Positions 33,501 to 45,418 of a stretch of DNA of 64,000 nt are shown piece by piece. A model generated the notes under the pieces. That model searched no databases. It saw nothing but the letters and a program-made list of their open reading frames with translations, and was not told the origin of the DNA. Made by a program: the position numbers and the translations under genes. Position 1 is the first letter of the stretch. Every line of letters starts with the position of its first letter. The DNA comes from Folioceros fuciformis (Eukaryota), in contig JBNGIO010005494.1 of assembly GCA_049999805.1 (NCBI GenBank), positions 1-64,000 of the forward strand, written 5' to 3'.

Positions 33501-34408
33501 CCCACAGGCTGTGGTTCATCGTCAACACCGGGCTTCTCCAGGTCCTCCAACGTTGCATCCGGACTTGTTTTCCAAAGCTCTTCAACCTTATTGATCTGCT
33601 GCGCACTAATCTGACGGGCGCGAAGCTGTTCCTGCTCAGAGGGAACTTTCACAAGCCACTGAAGGAAACAGCGGTCATCAATAAGAGGCAACCACTGACT
33701 GAGGTCCCAATTCATGTCCTTCAATCCATTTACACTCAAGCAGGGCTCCCGGCATAGAAGCACGACCACACTTTCTGACTTTGCAGGAATAAATCCCAGC
33801 AAAAACACATTCCTGCAACCACAATTGTAACACTCCAATATGGTTTCACCAAGCGGACTGTCCTTGTGCAGGCAAACCTCCTTGTGCTTGGCTCGAACAA
33901 GATGATTGACTATATGGGAACCCGAGGTATTCCCCCGAGAATTGCAAAACCATTTCCTGCAGGAAGGGACATTGCACCGAACGATACATGCAGGATTGTG
34001 TATCCCACAGTATTTGCAAGCGTGCTCCGGCAAGTCCCTCTTAGAGTAATCATGGCTATCGTCCTCCCCAGTATCATCAAAACTCAGCTCGCTCATCCCG
34101 GCTGCAATTAGGTTATACGCCGAAACTTGACTGCTGGCCTTGGAATCCGAGGACTCTGCGGGTACAGCCAGCTCGGAAGGGCCCCCAACCGAGACACTTG
34201 CATCCATGGATGCTGAAAGATGCGAGCTGTCATCAGTCCATACTGACGAAGGCTGGACTGGTTGACTGAGTTCAGTAAAGTCCGGATAATCATAATCATC
34301 TCCCTGCGTGTTGAACTCCAAAAATGTGTACGCATCCCCGTGATTTTGCTGCGACGCAGCAGCGTCCTCGTACAAATTATGCGCATTCACGGCCTCCAGG
34401 GCCGCCAT
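30541..34408 (-). CDS. UPF1: UPF1 RNA helicase (nonsense-mediated decay); no CDS intron in the sequenced part, 100-N gap at 31045-31144
   Basis: Has the CH zinc domain ([17 protein letters not shown]...KWFCN...LECYNCG) and SF1 motifs [26 protein letters not shown] and FQGREKD. The S/Q-rich tail continues after the gap to RRHYNG*. Confidence 0.97.
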
Positions 34409-34423
34409 GACTCCGCTCTACTC

Positions 34424-34683
34424 CTGGCAGAAAACCTGAGTCAGAATCCCACTTGACAGCACCAGAAAAAGATACCCAGCCCCACCACAGATAGCCTGGG
34501 GAGTGGTCCACTATCGGCTGACCCCCAAACCCAGCACACACAGCACCCACCAGACAGCAGAATATAACTCTCCCCAGAAACAAAGACAACCGTGCGACAG
34601 CAAGTTTCTCGCACTCCAACACACAAACCTCAGGAATTTTCTTTCCCAGACTGCCACACACGCATAATGATCCACACTCTCAC
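34424..34683 (-). other. Predicted 5'UTR intron of UPF1
   Basis: The acceptor ttttctgccag| lies 15 nt before the ATG. The donor agg|gtgaga is at 34683, with an alternative gag|gtttgt near 34628. The interior is U/G-rich. Confidence 0.55.
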
Positions 34684-34861
34684 CCTAATATGTCCGCAAG
34701 CAGCAGCCACTGTTACGGGCGCCTAAACCCAATCCTCCGGGTGTGCCTTAGCGACTTCCTGATCCCTATCGTGTCCACCTGGGCTGCTCCCTGCAGCGTG
34801 CTAGGCAAGCTCCACCGCACCAGTGGCTCGTCACATCCAGGGAAAGTCCCGATGCCAATTC

Positions 34862-35370
34862 TAGGGTTTGACGCGAGGCGGGTTCGGTGACCATCTCGCG
34901 GGGCATCGTCCTCGACGTAGCGCCATGGACGCAATGCAATCGCGCAGAAACGACTAGGGCTTTTCTCCACACAGAACAGCCCAAATTATTTATATGGGTA
35001 GGCGTGCATCAAGAGGTATAGATAGTTAAATACATCGACAGTAATGGCACAAACAGAATGAAGTGAAAGGTGAAAGATACTGTAACAGCTGTCGTATCGA
35101 AAATGCATCGCAAGCTTTTCGCAAGAACTTCTAACGGTGGTAATCACTAGTATTGTTAGTGCAGTTATGATAACCACTACTGTTAGAAGACATAAGTGGT
35201 GTACTTAGTTCATGGTATTAGTCACCTGGTTGAGCTTAGGCTGGTGACACAGAATGGAAGGGCTAGAGCAAAGACGAACTCCCTAGTAAGCACTTCAAGC
35301 TTTTTGGAGGCCTTTCTTTCTTTGTTTCAAGTCTACATCATTCTAAAGCATGCACTCGTAAAAACCCTAA
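34862..35370. promoter_or_regulatory. Telo-box motifs in the divergent UPF1/GID8 intergenic region
   Basis: TAGGGTTT at 34862-34869 and AAACCCTAA at 35362-35370, each upstream of one gene of the divergent pair. Confidence 0.4.
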
Positions 35371-35670
35371 TTCAATCGACCATTTCAAGGAACCATTGCA
35401 TTGTCATTGTTATGGAGAGTTGTTAGTACTCGCGCACCTTCTGCCCTAAACACCACTAACACAACAATGGCAAGGGCCTCCCATACAGGGGATACCGTTT
35501 CAGTAACGTGAGGATTTTGTAGAATAGTGATTGGGAAAAACAGCCAAGCGAGTTGTTTTTGTCCAGCCTCGTTGGCGGGTAGCAAAGGCCAGGAAAGTGG
35601 AAGTGAGAAAGCGGAGTCGGAGGACGCGGAGGGGGTTGGGCCGAGGGGCAGGATTGGGGAGGCGCGAGGC

Positions 35671-36369
35671 ATGGGGCGGGGCGGGGAGTCGTCCTGCAGC
35701 AAGAAGGTGATCACGCGGGAGGAATGGGAGAAGAAGCTGGCAGCGGTGCGCGTGCGCAAGGAGGATCTCAATAAGCTGGTGATGAACTACCTGGTCACCG
35801 AGGGCTTCGTGGAGGCCGCGCAAAAGTTCCAGCAGGAGAGTGGGACACACCCCGACATTGATCTGGCCACCATCACGGATCGCATGGCGGTGCGGAAGGC
35901 TGTGCAGTGTGGGAACGTCCAGGACGCCATCGAGCGTGTGAATGACCTCAACCCCGAGATCCTGGACACCAACCCGCACCTCTTCTTCCACCTGCAGCAG
36001 CAGCGCCTCATCGAGCTCATCCGAGGGGGTAAGGTGGAGGAAGCCCTGGAGTTCGCGCAGGAGGAATTGGCGCCCCGCGGTGAGGAGAATCATGCCTTCT
36101 TGGAGGAGTTGGAGCGGACTGTGGCCTTGCTCGCCTTCGAGGACACCGCGTCCTGCCCCGTGGGAGATCTGCTGGATATGTCGCAGCGGCAGAAAACTGC
36201 CAGTGAGCTCAACGCGGCCATCCTCACAAGCCAGAGCCACGAGAAGGATCCGAAGCTCCCTAGCCTGCTTAAGCTCTTGTTGTGGACGCAGAATAAGCTG
36301 AGTGAGCGAGCTGCCTTTCCCCGGATCAGCGATCTGGTGACTGCGATTCTGGAGGAGCCTGCCTTGTGA
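35671..36369 (+). CDS. GID8: GID8/TWA1 homolog (LisH-CTLH-CRA), CTLH E3 ligase subunit, single exon
   Basis: Reads SKKVITREEWEKKL...DLNKLVMNYLVTEGF...NDLNPEILDTNP...FHLQQQRLIELIR...QRQKTASELNAAILTSQSHEKDPKLPSLLK. Confidence 0.95.
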   Translation: MGRGGESSCSKKVITREEWEKKLAAVRVRKEDLNKLVMNYLVTEGFVEAAQKFQQESGTHPDIDLATITDRMAVRKAVQCGNVQDAIERVNDLNPEILDTNPHLFFHLQQQRLIELIRGGKVEEALEFAQEELAPRGEENHAFLEELERTVALLAFEDTASCPVGDLLDMSQRQKTASELNAAILTSQSHEKDPKLPSLLKLLLWTQNKLSERAAFPRISDLVTAILEEPAL

Positions 36370-36937
36370 ACGGATTCTTGGACCGATTTGTTGTACACTA
36401 AGTCAATCCGGGGAAAGCCGGGAGCGAGCTGCACAAGCATAAGTGTACAGTCAGTTGGAAAGGCAACCAGCTTGAGCTTCCCACGCCTTTGGATTCAACC
36501 TGTCCAACGAGGCGGAACGTTACGACAACAAGCTCAGCCCTGCTCAGCCGTGCTAGGGTTTCTTGGTTGTGTTCATTGTCACTAAGACTGTATCAGTAGG
36601 TCCTCCAGTTCCCCCCTCTTGCTCTCAGATTCAGTTGGCCGTGAACGGTATTGCTGTCCAGTGTCTGTGAGGTACCGTTCTCTTCTCCCGAACTTGCCGC
36701 TACCTTCCACGATGACGAAGCTCTGTTTGGTCTGCCATGCTGTGTCATATTTCTTTTTGTCCATTGAAGGCTTAGCGAGACCGACGGTGCAAATTTATTC
36801 TGACACTAAGAAGCAATTGTTATTCCCGCTGTAAATCACAGGCCTCTGCTTCTCTCTGTGATATACTGTATATGTTACACCCCAAACAGTTGTTTCCTAG
36901 CAAGCAAGCCAGCTTGACTGGACGGTGCACATTCATC

Positions 36938-37643
36938 TCACTTGCTCCATTGCAGTGGAAACTCTGCAACCTTCTCCCAGCTGCGTAAAAGCTTATCCTG
37001 CGGATCTGTTTTCCATAACGAAAGACATCGTACGTCAAACTCTGTTGCCTCCAGCTGCGGAAGAAGCTCAGCGGCTCGAGCATGCGCTCTTGCTTTCTCT
37101 TCCTTGGACAGATCCCCATACAGCAGGCTCAAGTGCGGCACGTAAGCTGCTAACAGAACAGAAGCTGTCATGGGACACATGCATGTTCAAGGGTGCTCAA
37201 CACAAATAGGAAGGACGCTTACTGGACTGGCCAGACTCCTGGCCAAAGGTAAGCTTGGCTTTATGATTTGCTTGCACCACCTGCGCCATCACCAGAATGC
37301 TGATCACGTCCTTGAGCGAGGGAAAGTGTGAAGGACTGCATCCAGGAAGGTTGCGTGTCATTGCTTGCACCTGTTCTGAAGGGTCCCCGAGCACGTAGAC
37401 GCATTGGAAGTAGTCCTGGCCGGAATCTACTCGGAGGAAGCTGCAGCGGAAAGGTGGCAGGGAGGCACAGAGTGTTCGCAGAGCTTCGGAGGCTTTCTGC
37501 GGCGGCATCCGGTGCGCCCCGAGGACTGTGACATGGGGCTCGAAAGCGGGACCTCCGAACTCGCCCCTCAGAGCCGCCATGGCCTCCCTTAAGCTGGTGT
37601 CCTCCGCAGGAACCTCGGCCCACAGGCTGTACGTGTTCTCCAT
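36938..37643 (-). CDS. Cyclic phosphodiesterase (2H phosphoesterase, Appr>p CPDase); 3 exons
   Basis: Contains YSLWA, FEPHVT and YVPHLSLLYG (two HxT/S motifs). Exons are 37643-37371, 37280-37223 and 37146-36938, separated by GT-AG introns. Confidence 0.92.
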
Positions 37644-38476
37644 CTTCCGGTACTGCCACTAGTTTGAAAGTCGCATGTTGTACCGTCGAAGTATGCTACC
37701 CGTCAAACAGTTCAACCCACACATGTTAGATTCATGAAAGCATGCAGAACCTACATGTAGCTTTCTGCGGAAACACCCTGTGCTGCGTGCTATCTGCTTG
37801 TTCTGTTCGTCCTCAACGTGGTCTGACTGCTGCTTCCTTGCTGGCACCGGACCTGCCAACAATTGCGCTATATGTATGTACATATGTGGATACCGTGTAC
37901 ATTTTCAGGTTTTGTCTATTGACAGCATATAGCAGCAGGTCAAAAAAGTCTGGGAACAACCGTTCGACAACTGAGAGATGCAATCCATAGCTGACAGTTA
38001 AAATGCGTGTGTTGAGGAGCCGCACTGTTGCTGAGGACCCCGACTGTGCGTCCTGCCTGACTTTACTGCTCTGGACACCAACCTAGGAAAAGTCGACAAC
38101 ACACAGAGAAAGAAGGACAAGCCTGTAGACTCCATTGCTATATCATCATGTAGAAGAAAAACGAAATAGGCAGAAGAGGTCCAAGTAGGCTATGGGCATG
38201 TGCATATGAGCACAACACAAATGGGCCCACGACAAAAGGGGTCCTCAGCTTTGAACCTTATCCAAGTAATTTACATGGAGCATGTGTTGGTCAACACCTA
38301 AGCAGAACTACATACTTTGATTAGCGCTCCTTGGACTCTACAGAAGACTTCCGCCATCAACTGCAATGACATGGACGTCTGGAAGGGTGCTGCCCACCAC
38401 ACTCCCAAAGCGGGCTTCGGGTTCTACAAAGTTGGTTCCGCAAACCAACTAGGCCAACATAATTAGTTACAACAAC

Positions 38477-41146
38477 TCAAGGACCAAGTAATAATCTGGG
38501 AGGCAGATTTTGGTGAAAGGATGCATTGGACGCAGATAGTCTTTGCTGCTGGGCGTTCGGGTTGTCACGATTGTACTCCTCTGCCTGCTCCTGCTTTGCC
38601 CTAGGAAAATCCACCCTTCCAGTAAGAGACTCCATGTTGAAGGACTGCCTGCCAAGTTCACCACTAGGTCGGGAAGAAAGGCTCATGGGGATGGACATCA
38701 GAGGTACATCTCCACTGCCACCATGGTCCTGGTTCCGAAGGTCCATGCTCAACATGCTGCGGCCGTTATCCATCTTCTTCGACCGATCCTCGAGCATCCC
38801 ACTAAAGATGGACCCGCGTCGAGCAAACCGAGATCCCTGATCCTGTAACGACGTAGCTGCGGAAGACATGGAATTGATGTTCGCACTCTGAGAGGGTGCT
38901 GAAGCACCGCCTATGACAGCTGGTTCATGGCCACCACCACTGTTCCTGGCTGCTGGAACATCATGGTTGTGTTTGCCCTCATATGTTGTGATCACAGACC
39001 TGGGATCATTTGAAGCCCTCTCAACATGTTTCCGGACTGGGCAGCCCAGATTCGTGCATTTATAATAACTCCTGCAAGTGGCAATACAGCAGGAGTGAGC
39101 AATGCAAGCAGGGCCCTACCTGCAAAAAAACTGAGCGAATCTTCAAGATATACTCACCGAGGGTGCGGATTACCCTTCACCACCTTCTGTCCATATTTGC
39201 GCCAACGATAGCCATCATCCAAAATATCAACCTCACTCGTTGTCTGCACTACGACGCGAGGTTCACGATTGATTCTGGGTGGAGGCGCTGCCGCAACTTG
39301 TGCTGCAGCTTCCCTTGCTCTCCTCTCCCTCCGTCTGCAATAGACAATGAGGCCGTAGCATGTGAAAAACTTCAACCAGGAAGGTTGCCAAAGTGGGCTA
39401 CACAATTCAGAAAAAACATACCTTCGTTTGGCTTCCCGCTCTTCTTCAGTGCCCTCATCCTTGCTATCGCCATCTTCATCATCGTCCCCATCACTAGTGG
39501 ATGAAGATGATGGTTCAGGGGTACCGGTTGCATAGATTGACGAGTTTCTTCCATCTGAAAGCCTGTCGTGCTTGCCGAGGACGTCTGGTGCACCAGATTG
39601 AAAGCCTCCCCATGCCTCAGATCCATCACCTTTGTCCCCGTCGTTCAACATATGCACGGCTCCCACCGCTACAGACAACCTCCTGGTTGGAAGGGGTCTT
39701 TGATGGTTATGATCACCCTTGTAGATTATCTCTGTAACCTGGCCATCATGCGAGCGCTCTACTTTCTTCTTCATGGGACAATTCGGGTGAGTGCATTTGT
39801 AGTAGCTGCGAGGGAACTCGCTCCCCTTCACCTGCTTCTGCCCATACTTCCGCCAGTTGTAACCATCTTCCGACGGCCGTTCCACAAAAGTGACAGATGA
39901 TTGACCAATTGTTGCTTGCTGCTCAATTTCAGTCATGCGACGATCGGTCTCCTGAGGCTTGGATTGGACATCCATTGGGGCAGCAGCGTCAATGGGTACT
40001 GAAGATGCAGTATCCTCAACGGTCAGAGGAGATGTCACGACCGTGGGAGGTGCTCCTGCAGGCTGAACTTGTTCTGCCACTGGAAGTGGTGTGGGAGGCA
40101 GCGATGCAGCAGACGCTTGTGCGGAAGACTCGAGGAGCGCCTGTTGAAGGGAATATGGTGCCTGAAAGATGGACGCAACCCGTGTCATTTTCCAACGGTT
40201 GATCCATTTGGCACAAAGAGAGACAAAACAGTTTATTACCTCAATGGCAGAAGAGGATGGAACCCCAACTGGGCCGAGTGGCGAGTTCCGAGTTACAAGC
40301 TTGCTCAACAGAGCTTTCAAATCCAGTCCGTGGTGAGGGGTATGATCTAACGCCTTCGGAAGAGGCTCCTGCACCTGCTGAGGAGGTGCAGCAGGAGGTG
40401 CTGCTGGCTTGGTGGGCGCGACAACCCCATCCAGAAAAGGGGGTAAGGGAAAATTGCCTGTTGTCGGAGACGGCTCGGCCTGGTGACAAAAAACGGATGC
40501 AACAACCAGACGTCAAAAAGACACTTCCCTCTGTCCAAAAAAATCCAGCGGCCACCAAGTTAGAAAAGATACAACAGCGACGGCTACGTCTGCGCACAAT
40601 GTCACCCAGCCCGGACACGAAGACAAGACAGGCAGGGCAGGAGCGAGGGAAGAGGAGGAAGAAGAGCGGGTTCCACGGGTCCCTATGGGCAAGGCCAGGC
40701 AGTGAAGGTAGAAAGGGATGTTTAGCAGAAAAAAGACACACCTGCGATGAAGGCAAGAGAACCGGTGAATCAAGAAGAGAGGCGGGACTAAGGCCAGGAG
40801 GAATAGTGACACAGGCCCGTGGGATGGACTGGAGGCGAGAGGGCGGCACCGTCTTGAAGCGGGCAGTAGACGGGCGGGCACAGCCTGCACCGTCCACCCT
40901 CCTGGCGGCCAGTCTCTCTGCAAAGCTTCCGCTGGCCCCGAACCCGGTGCGGTTGGCTACGCTGTTCACCGCCGTGTCATCGAGCCCGGCCCGCCTCTCG
41001 GCGTCATCATCATCTTCCGTGGCCAGCATGTGCTGGAACGATCTACCGCTATCTAGGTCTGACTCCGAGTCCACACAAGCGGAGATGATGGAGCTGGGGC
41101 TCTCCCCTGACGACCCCTTGTACCCGGCATCCACGTTGAGCATCAT
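38477..41146 (-). CDS. Group I WRKY transcription factor (two WRKY domains); about 5 exons
   Basis: Has an N-terminal SP cluster ([17 protein letters not shown]...EPSPTTG), domain 1 [11 protein letters not shown]...CTHPNC...HNH and domain 2 [11 protein letters not shown]...[12 protein letters not shown]...EGKHNH. The start codon is taken as the first in-frame ATG. Confidence 0.93.
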
Positions 41147-43529
41147 AGCCGCCAATCGCCCTAGCTCCTCCTCTTCCTCTCCCCTCCTGCTGATCACCTT
41201 TTCCTCCCTCTCCTCCTTCCTGCTTTGCTTTTCAGTGAAGCCTTCCCTCCCACTCCTCCGTCCTGCTCCTCACCCTTGCCTCCCTTTCCTCCTTCCTGCT
41301 CCTCACCCTTTCCTCCTACTTGCAAACCCGCAACAGACCCCGGCAATGGCGCTCCCGCAGGGCCCCCACGAGAAGGACACACTGGCTCATTCACCGCCTG
41401 GTGCCCAGCTGTGAAACACCTTAGGGTAATCGGGATCTACAGTGGAGAGAGAAAAGAAGGGGAAGGGAGGGGGAGAGGGACAGCACAGCAGGACCCTGTG
41501 CCCGGGTGCCTCCCCGCTAAGATCTGGATCCCCGGGAGTGCACGTTCACACCAGCAGGCAGGCAGAGGCAGAGACGCAGCAGCAGATGCAAGAGCATGGA
41601 AAATTGCCAGGGCCCGAGGGCAGGGGATGAAGAAATACGGTACCAAAATCCGGGAGCGCGCGCAGCAGAGCGGCGGCAGCCAGGGAAGGGCAGCAATTCC
41701 CTTCCTCTCTGGGACCTCCTCCGTCAGGCCCGCCGAGCGGGCGTCGCACACATTCAGGGAAACACGGGCAACGGAAGCAAGGCAAGGCAAGGCAAGGCAA
41801 GGCCCCTATCCACAGAAAGCAAGGCTACCCACCCCCCCGCCCAAGCGCATGGAAGAGGCGAGAAAACCAAGCCTTCGGCGGCCCCGGTAGCGAGGCCTCC
41901 TTCACCATGCAGCCAGGTGACGGAGCAGGGCGAGGCGAGGCAAGGCAAGGCAAAGAAGGAAGGAAGGAAGGAGTGCAAGGGGGAAGCGAGCCCAGAAGAG
42001 AAGAAGAACCTAGGCTTCAACTAATCCCTGTAAGCGCCACTTGCTGGCGCTAGAGAAGCCTGCGTATGCGCTGCCCTGCTCTGCCGTGGCTGCCGCTGCT
42101 GCTGCTGATCCGGAGGCAAAGACGATAGAGAGAGGGGTAGGAGCGTGGTCAGTCAGGCAGTCCAGTGAGGCTCGACCACATCTCAGCTCGAGCTCGGGCC
42201 GACTCAAAGACTGCTTTGCGTCCGGTTGAGGAGGAGCCCAGATTAGCAGGCGGGTGTCGGGAGTAGTAGCTGCAGGGGCTGCCTACTAACCCGAATCCTG
42301 ATGAGCTTGGGGCTTCAGCGTGTGTTGATGCTGAGCAGAGAGATCAAGCTGCCAGTGGAGCTGGCCGCTGGCGTCGAGGCCGATGCCGTGCGAGGCGAGA
42401 GAGAGAACAGGGTTGCATGCCACTTCTCTTCTCATCTGCCTGGAGTCTGGCAGCCCATGAGCTTGAGAGCTGAGCGGGAAGGCAGGCGCAGGCACAGGGG
42501 CACGCATTTTCTGCGCAGGCGCCCCGATGATTCTTTCTCGTCCCGGCCCCGCCCTCCTCGTTCCGTTCTCCGTTCCGTTTCGTCTCGTCCCGTCTGGCTC
42601 TGTCCGGCCCCGTTCTGTTATCGTTGGTGTTAAGGATTGAGCATCAATGCGTGGGCTGTGTACCGGGGTCATGTCATAGAGCCCGTGATTAGGCCCGACG
42701 GCCTCGTGATCTGGAGGGGATCCATGTTCCATGGTACGCGTGACCCCGTTTTGGGTTTTCCATTTCTCTGCTTTATCCGTTTTTGGTATTTGCAGGAGCA
42801 TTAATTGTATGGGGCAGATGCACATCTGGAGGTACTATGTAAATACTTTAAAAGATCTTGGCAATAAAAATATGTACTAGAAAAGGGATTGGGTACAACT
42901 AACCTGCATATGGGTTGAGAATGATTGTTTTCCTCTATAATAAATTTACAATATTATCATAAAGATTTAATCATCATAAAAAAATTTCCTTTTTTTATGT
43001 ATGTTATAGTACATATCAAAGTACACATAAGGTTGTGGACATGAGTAGTAGACATAGGGACATAGCTTGGGTAGGACCACGGTTACTACTCATCTCATTA
43101 TATTTACTTATTGCTTGTATATTATATGAAAGACTAAGTTAAGATAACAAATAAGTATAATAAATATAAATTAATATATTATACGTGTTATAATTGAATT
43201 ACACACATCCAATTGAACAATACAAGATAGATATCTAGCTTATATATATCATCATTTCATGGAGGGAGGGGGGTCTTGGACATGGAGATCACCATTAGTG
43301 GATTGAATTGGATGTGAGAAAATTTAAACAAGTAGGTTGCAACAAAGTTTGAAACACTTGTATTCAAGAAGCTTTAGTGAAAGAAGATATCATTAGCACA
43401 GCCACAAAGTTTTTCCCAAGTACTATAGTGAGGATTCACTCAATGATATAGTATGGAATGCATTCAAAAACAAAATATGAATGGGACATGTACTACACCA
43501 AGGGCCTATGCCTACCATCTCCCAATGGC

Positions 43530-43550
43530 AAACCCTAAACCCTAAACCTT
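43530..43550. repeat. Short interstitial plant telomeric repeat (AAACCCT)2 + AAACCTT
   Basis: aaaccctaaaccctaaacctt lies within an AT-rich, probably TE-derived tract. Confidence 0.6.
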
Positions 43551-44500
43551 AAGTGCTATGGCGTCTTGAATGCCCATCAAATTCAAATTTGAATCATTCT
43601 TGTAGCTATCATTCAAATCCAAATGTTGGCCAGTTTGAGAATAAGTACTTGATTTGAAGTGTCATCGAAACATAGTTATATGTTAATGTCTAGTTATGGG
43701 TTACTAGTTCAATGGTAGAGTGAATTCTCGACTTTAAAGTGGAATAGAAGGTTTTTTAAGAAGATTGCATAGTTGTCATTGCGACACTAATTCTAACCCT
43801 AATCCACAAAATGGCATAAAGTATGGCACAGGCAATGAATGTTGACTATGTGTGTGTTGTGTGTATGTGAAGTGAACAACACCCAATTGGATTGCACAGT
43901 CTGTGATCATGATTTTGTTTTGAATGGTTAGGGGAAACATGAAAGGTTGTTTGCTTGATATCTTCATCTTCCTTTTGCCTCTCTGTCTGTCTCTTGTTGG
44001 TTCTTTCTTGTGGAGTGGAAGCAAGTGTTGATCCACACGAAAACAAGGAGCACGAAAGTTCTATGTATTCTTATGGTCGGTCGTGTGTCTCCATCTCGTG
44101 TCCCAATCAAGAGATGTGTTGTGTAGGACTAGGACATACACTCAGACAGACAGAGGACACCGACACCGAGGAGATAGGGGTTTACAGCCAGTTGGGAATG
44201 GATGCAGGTTAAAATCACACCCGGGTTGCATTGGGGGTGGCATACATATGCATATGCATGGGGATGGCAAAAGCCTTCTTCTTGACGCTGGAAAGCAGCA
44301 TGCAGGCGGATGTAGTAGGACAGGAGTAGGTGTAGGTGGGTAGGAGAGTAGGAGAGTAGGAAAGAAAATGCATAAAGAGTGCGATATTTTAGATGATGGG
44401 GTGCACCCGTATTGCATGCAGGCCACAAAGGGGTGGGCAACTTGGTCAGGGGTCGCTCCAGCCCCACACTGGGCCGGTACCGGGAGCCGGGGGGCAGCCG

Positions 44501-44900
44501 NNNNNNNNNNNNNNNNNNNNNNNNNNNNNNNNNNNNNNNNNNNNNNNNNNNNNNNNNNNNNNNNNNNNNNNNNNNNNNNNNNNNNNNNNNNNNNNNNNNN
44601 NNNNNNNNNNNNNNNNNNNNNNNNNNNNNNNNNNNNNNNNNNNNNNNNNNNNNNNNNNNNNNNNNNNNNNNNNNNNNNNNNNNNNNNNNNNNNNNNNNNN
44701 NNNNNNNNNNNNNNNNNNNNNNNNNNNNNNNNNNNNNNNNNNNNNNNNNNNNNNNNNNNNNNNNNNNNNNNNNNNNNNNNNNNNNNNNNNNNNNNNNNNN
44801 NNNNNNNNNNNNNNNNNNNNNNNNNNNNNNNNNNNNNNNNNNNNNNNNNNNNNNNNNNNNNNNNNNNNNNNNNNNNNNNNNNNNNNNNNNNNNNNNNNNN
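44501..44900. other. Assembly gap (400 N); other gaps at 12413-12422, 31045-31144 and 50539-50638
   Basis: Runs of N in the sequence. Confidence 0.99.
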
Positions 44901-45272
44901 GGGCTGGCCAGTGCCCAGCCCAGCCCAGCCCAGGCCACGGCGGCTCCCCACTTGCTGCTGTCTGCACGCCCTTGCCTTCGCCCCGGCATCTCATGACGTC
45001 ACCGGTGGGAAATGACGGGCCGGTGGGCCACACGCCCCAGCAAAACAAACAAGGCTCCACAACCGACGAAAGATCATGTTGGCTAGACGCAGACCAGACG
45101 CGGGGGCAGGGCAGGGGAAGGGAGTTCCAGGGGGACAGAGAACCAGGGATGGAAAGCCGACACACTAACCTTCTCCAAACCCCTTTTTTCGATTTTGCTT
45201 ACTTGGTGTCCTCTTCTGGAGTTGGCTTGGCGTCGCCTTCACTTCGTTTTCACAGGATCAAGACATCAGATC

Positions 45273-45418
45273 AGAGCAGTGCAGAGCAGCGCAGAGCAGC
45301 GCAGAGCAGCGCAGAGCAGAGCTTGGTTCCGGGGTCGTCCCTCCAACCTTGCTTGCACCTTCCTCCTCAAGAATGATAGTATGTACCACCTTCCTCCTCA
45401 AGAATGATAGTATGTACC
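45273..45418. repeat. (GCAGAGCAGC)n simple repeat and a perfect 30-bp tandem duplication
   Basis: About four gcagagcagc units, followed by caccttcctcctcaagaatgatagtatgta twice (45356-45415). Confidence 0.85.

Noticed and set aside
44129..45376. Several 200-330 aa ORFs
   Set aside because: They are open only because they run through the 400-N gap.
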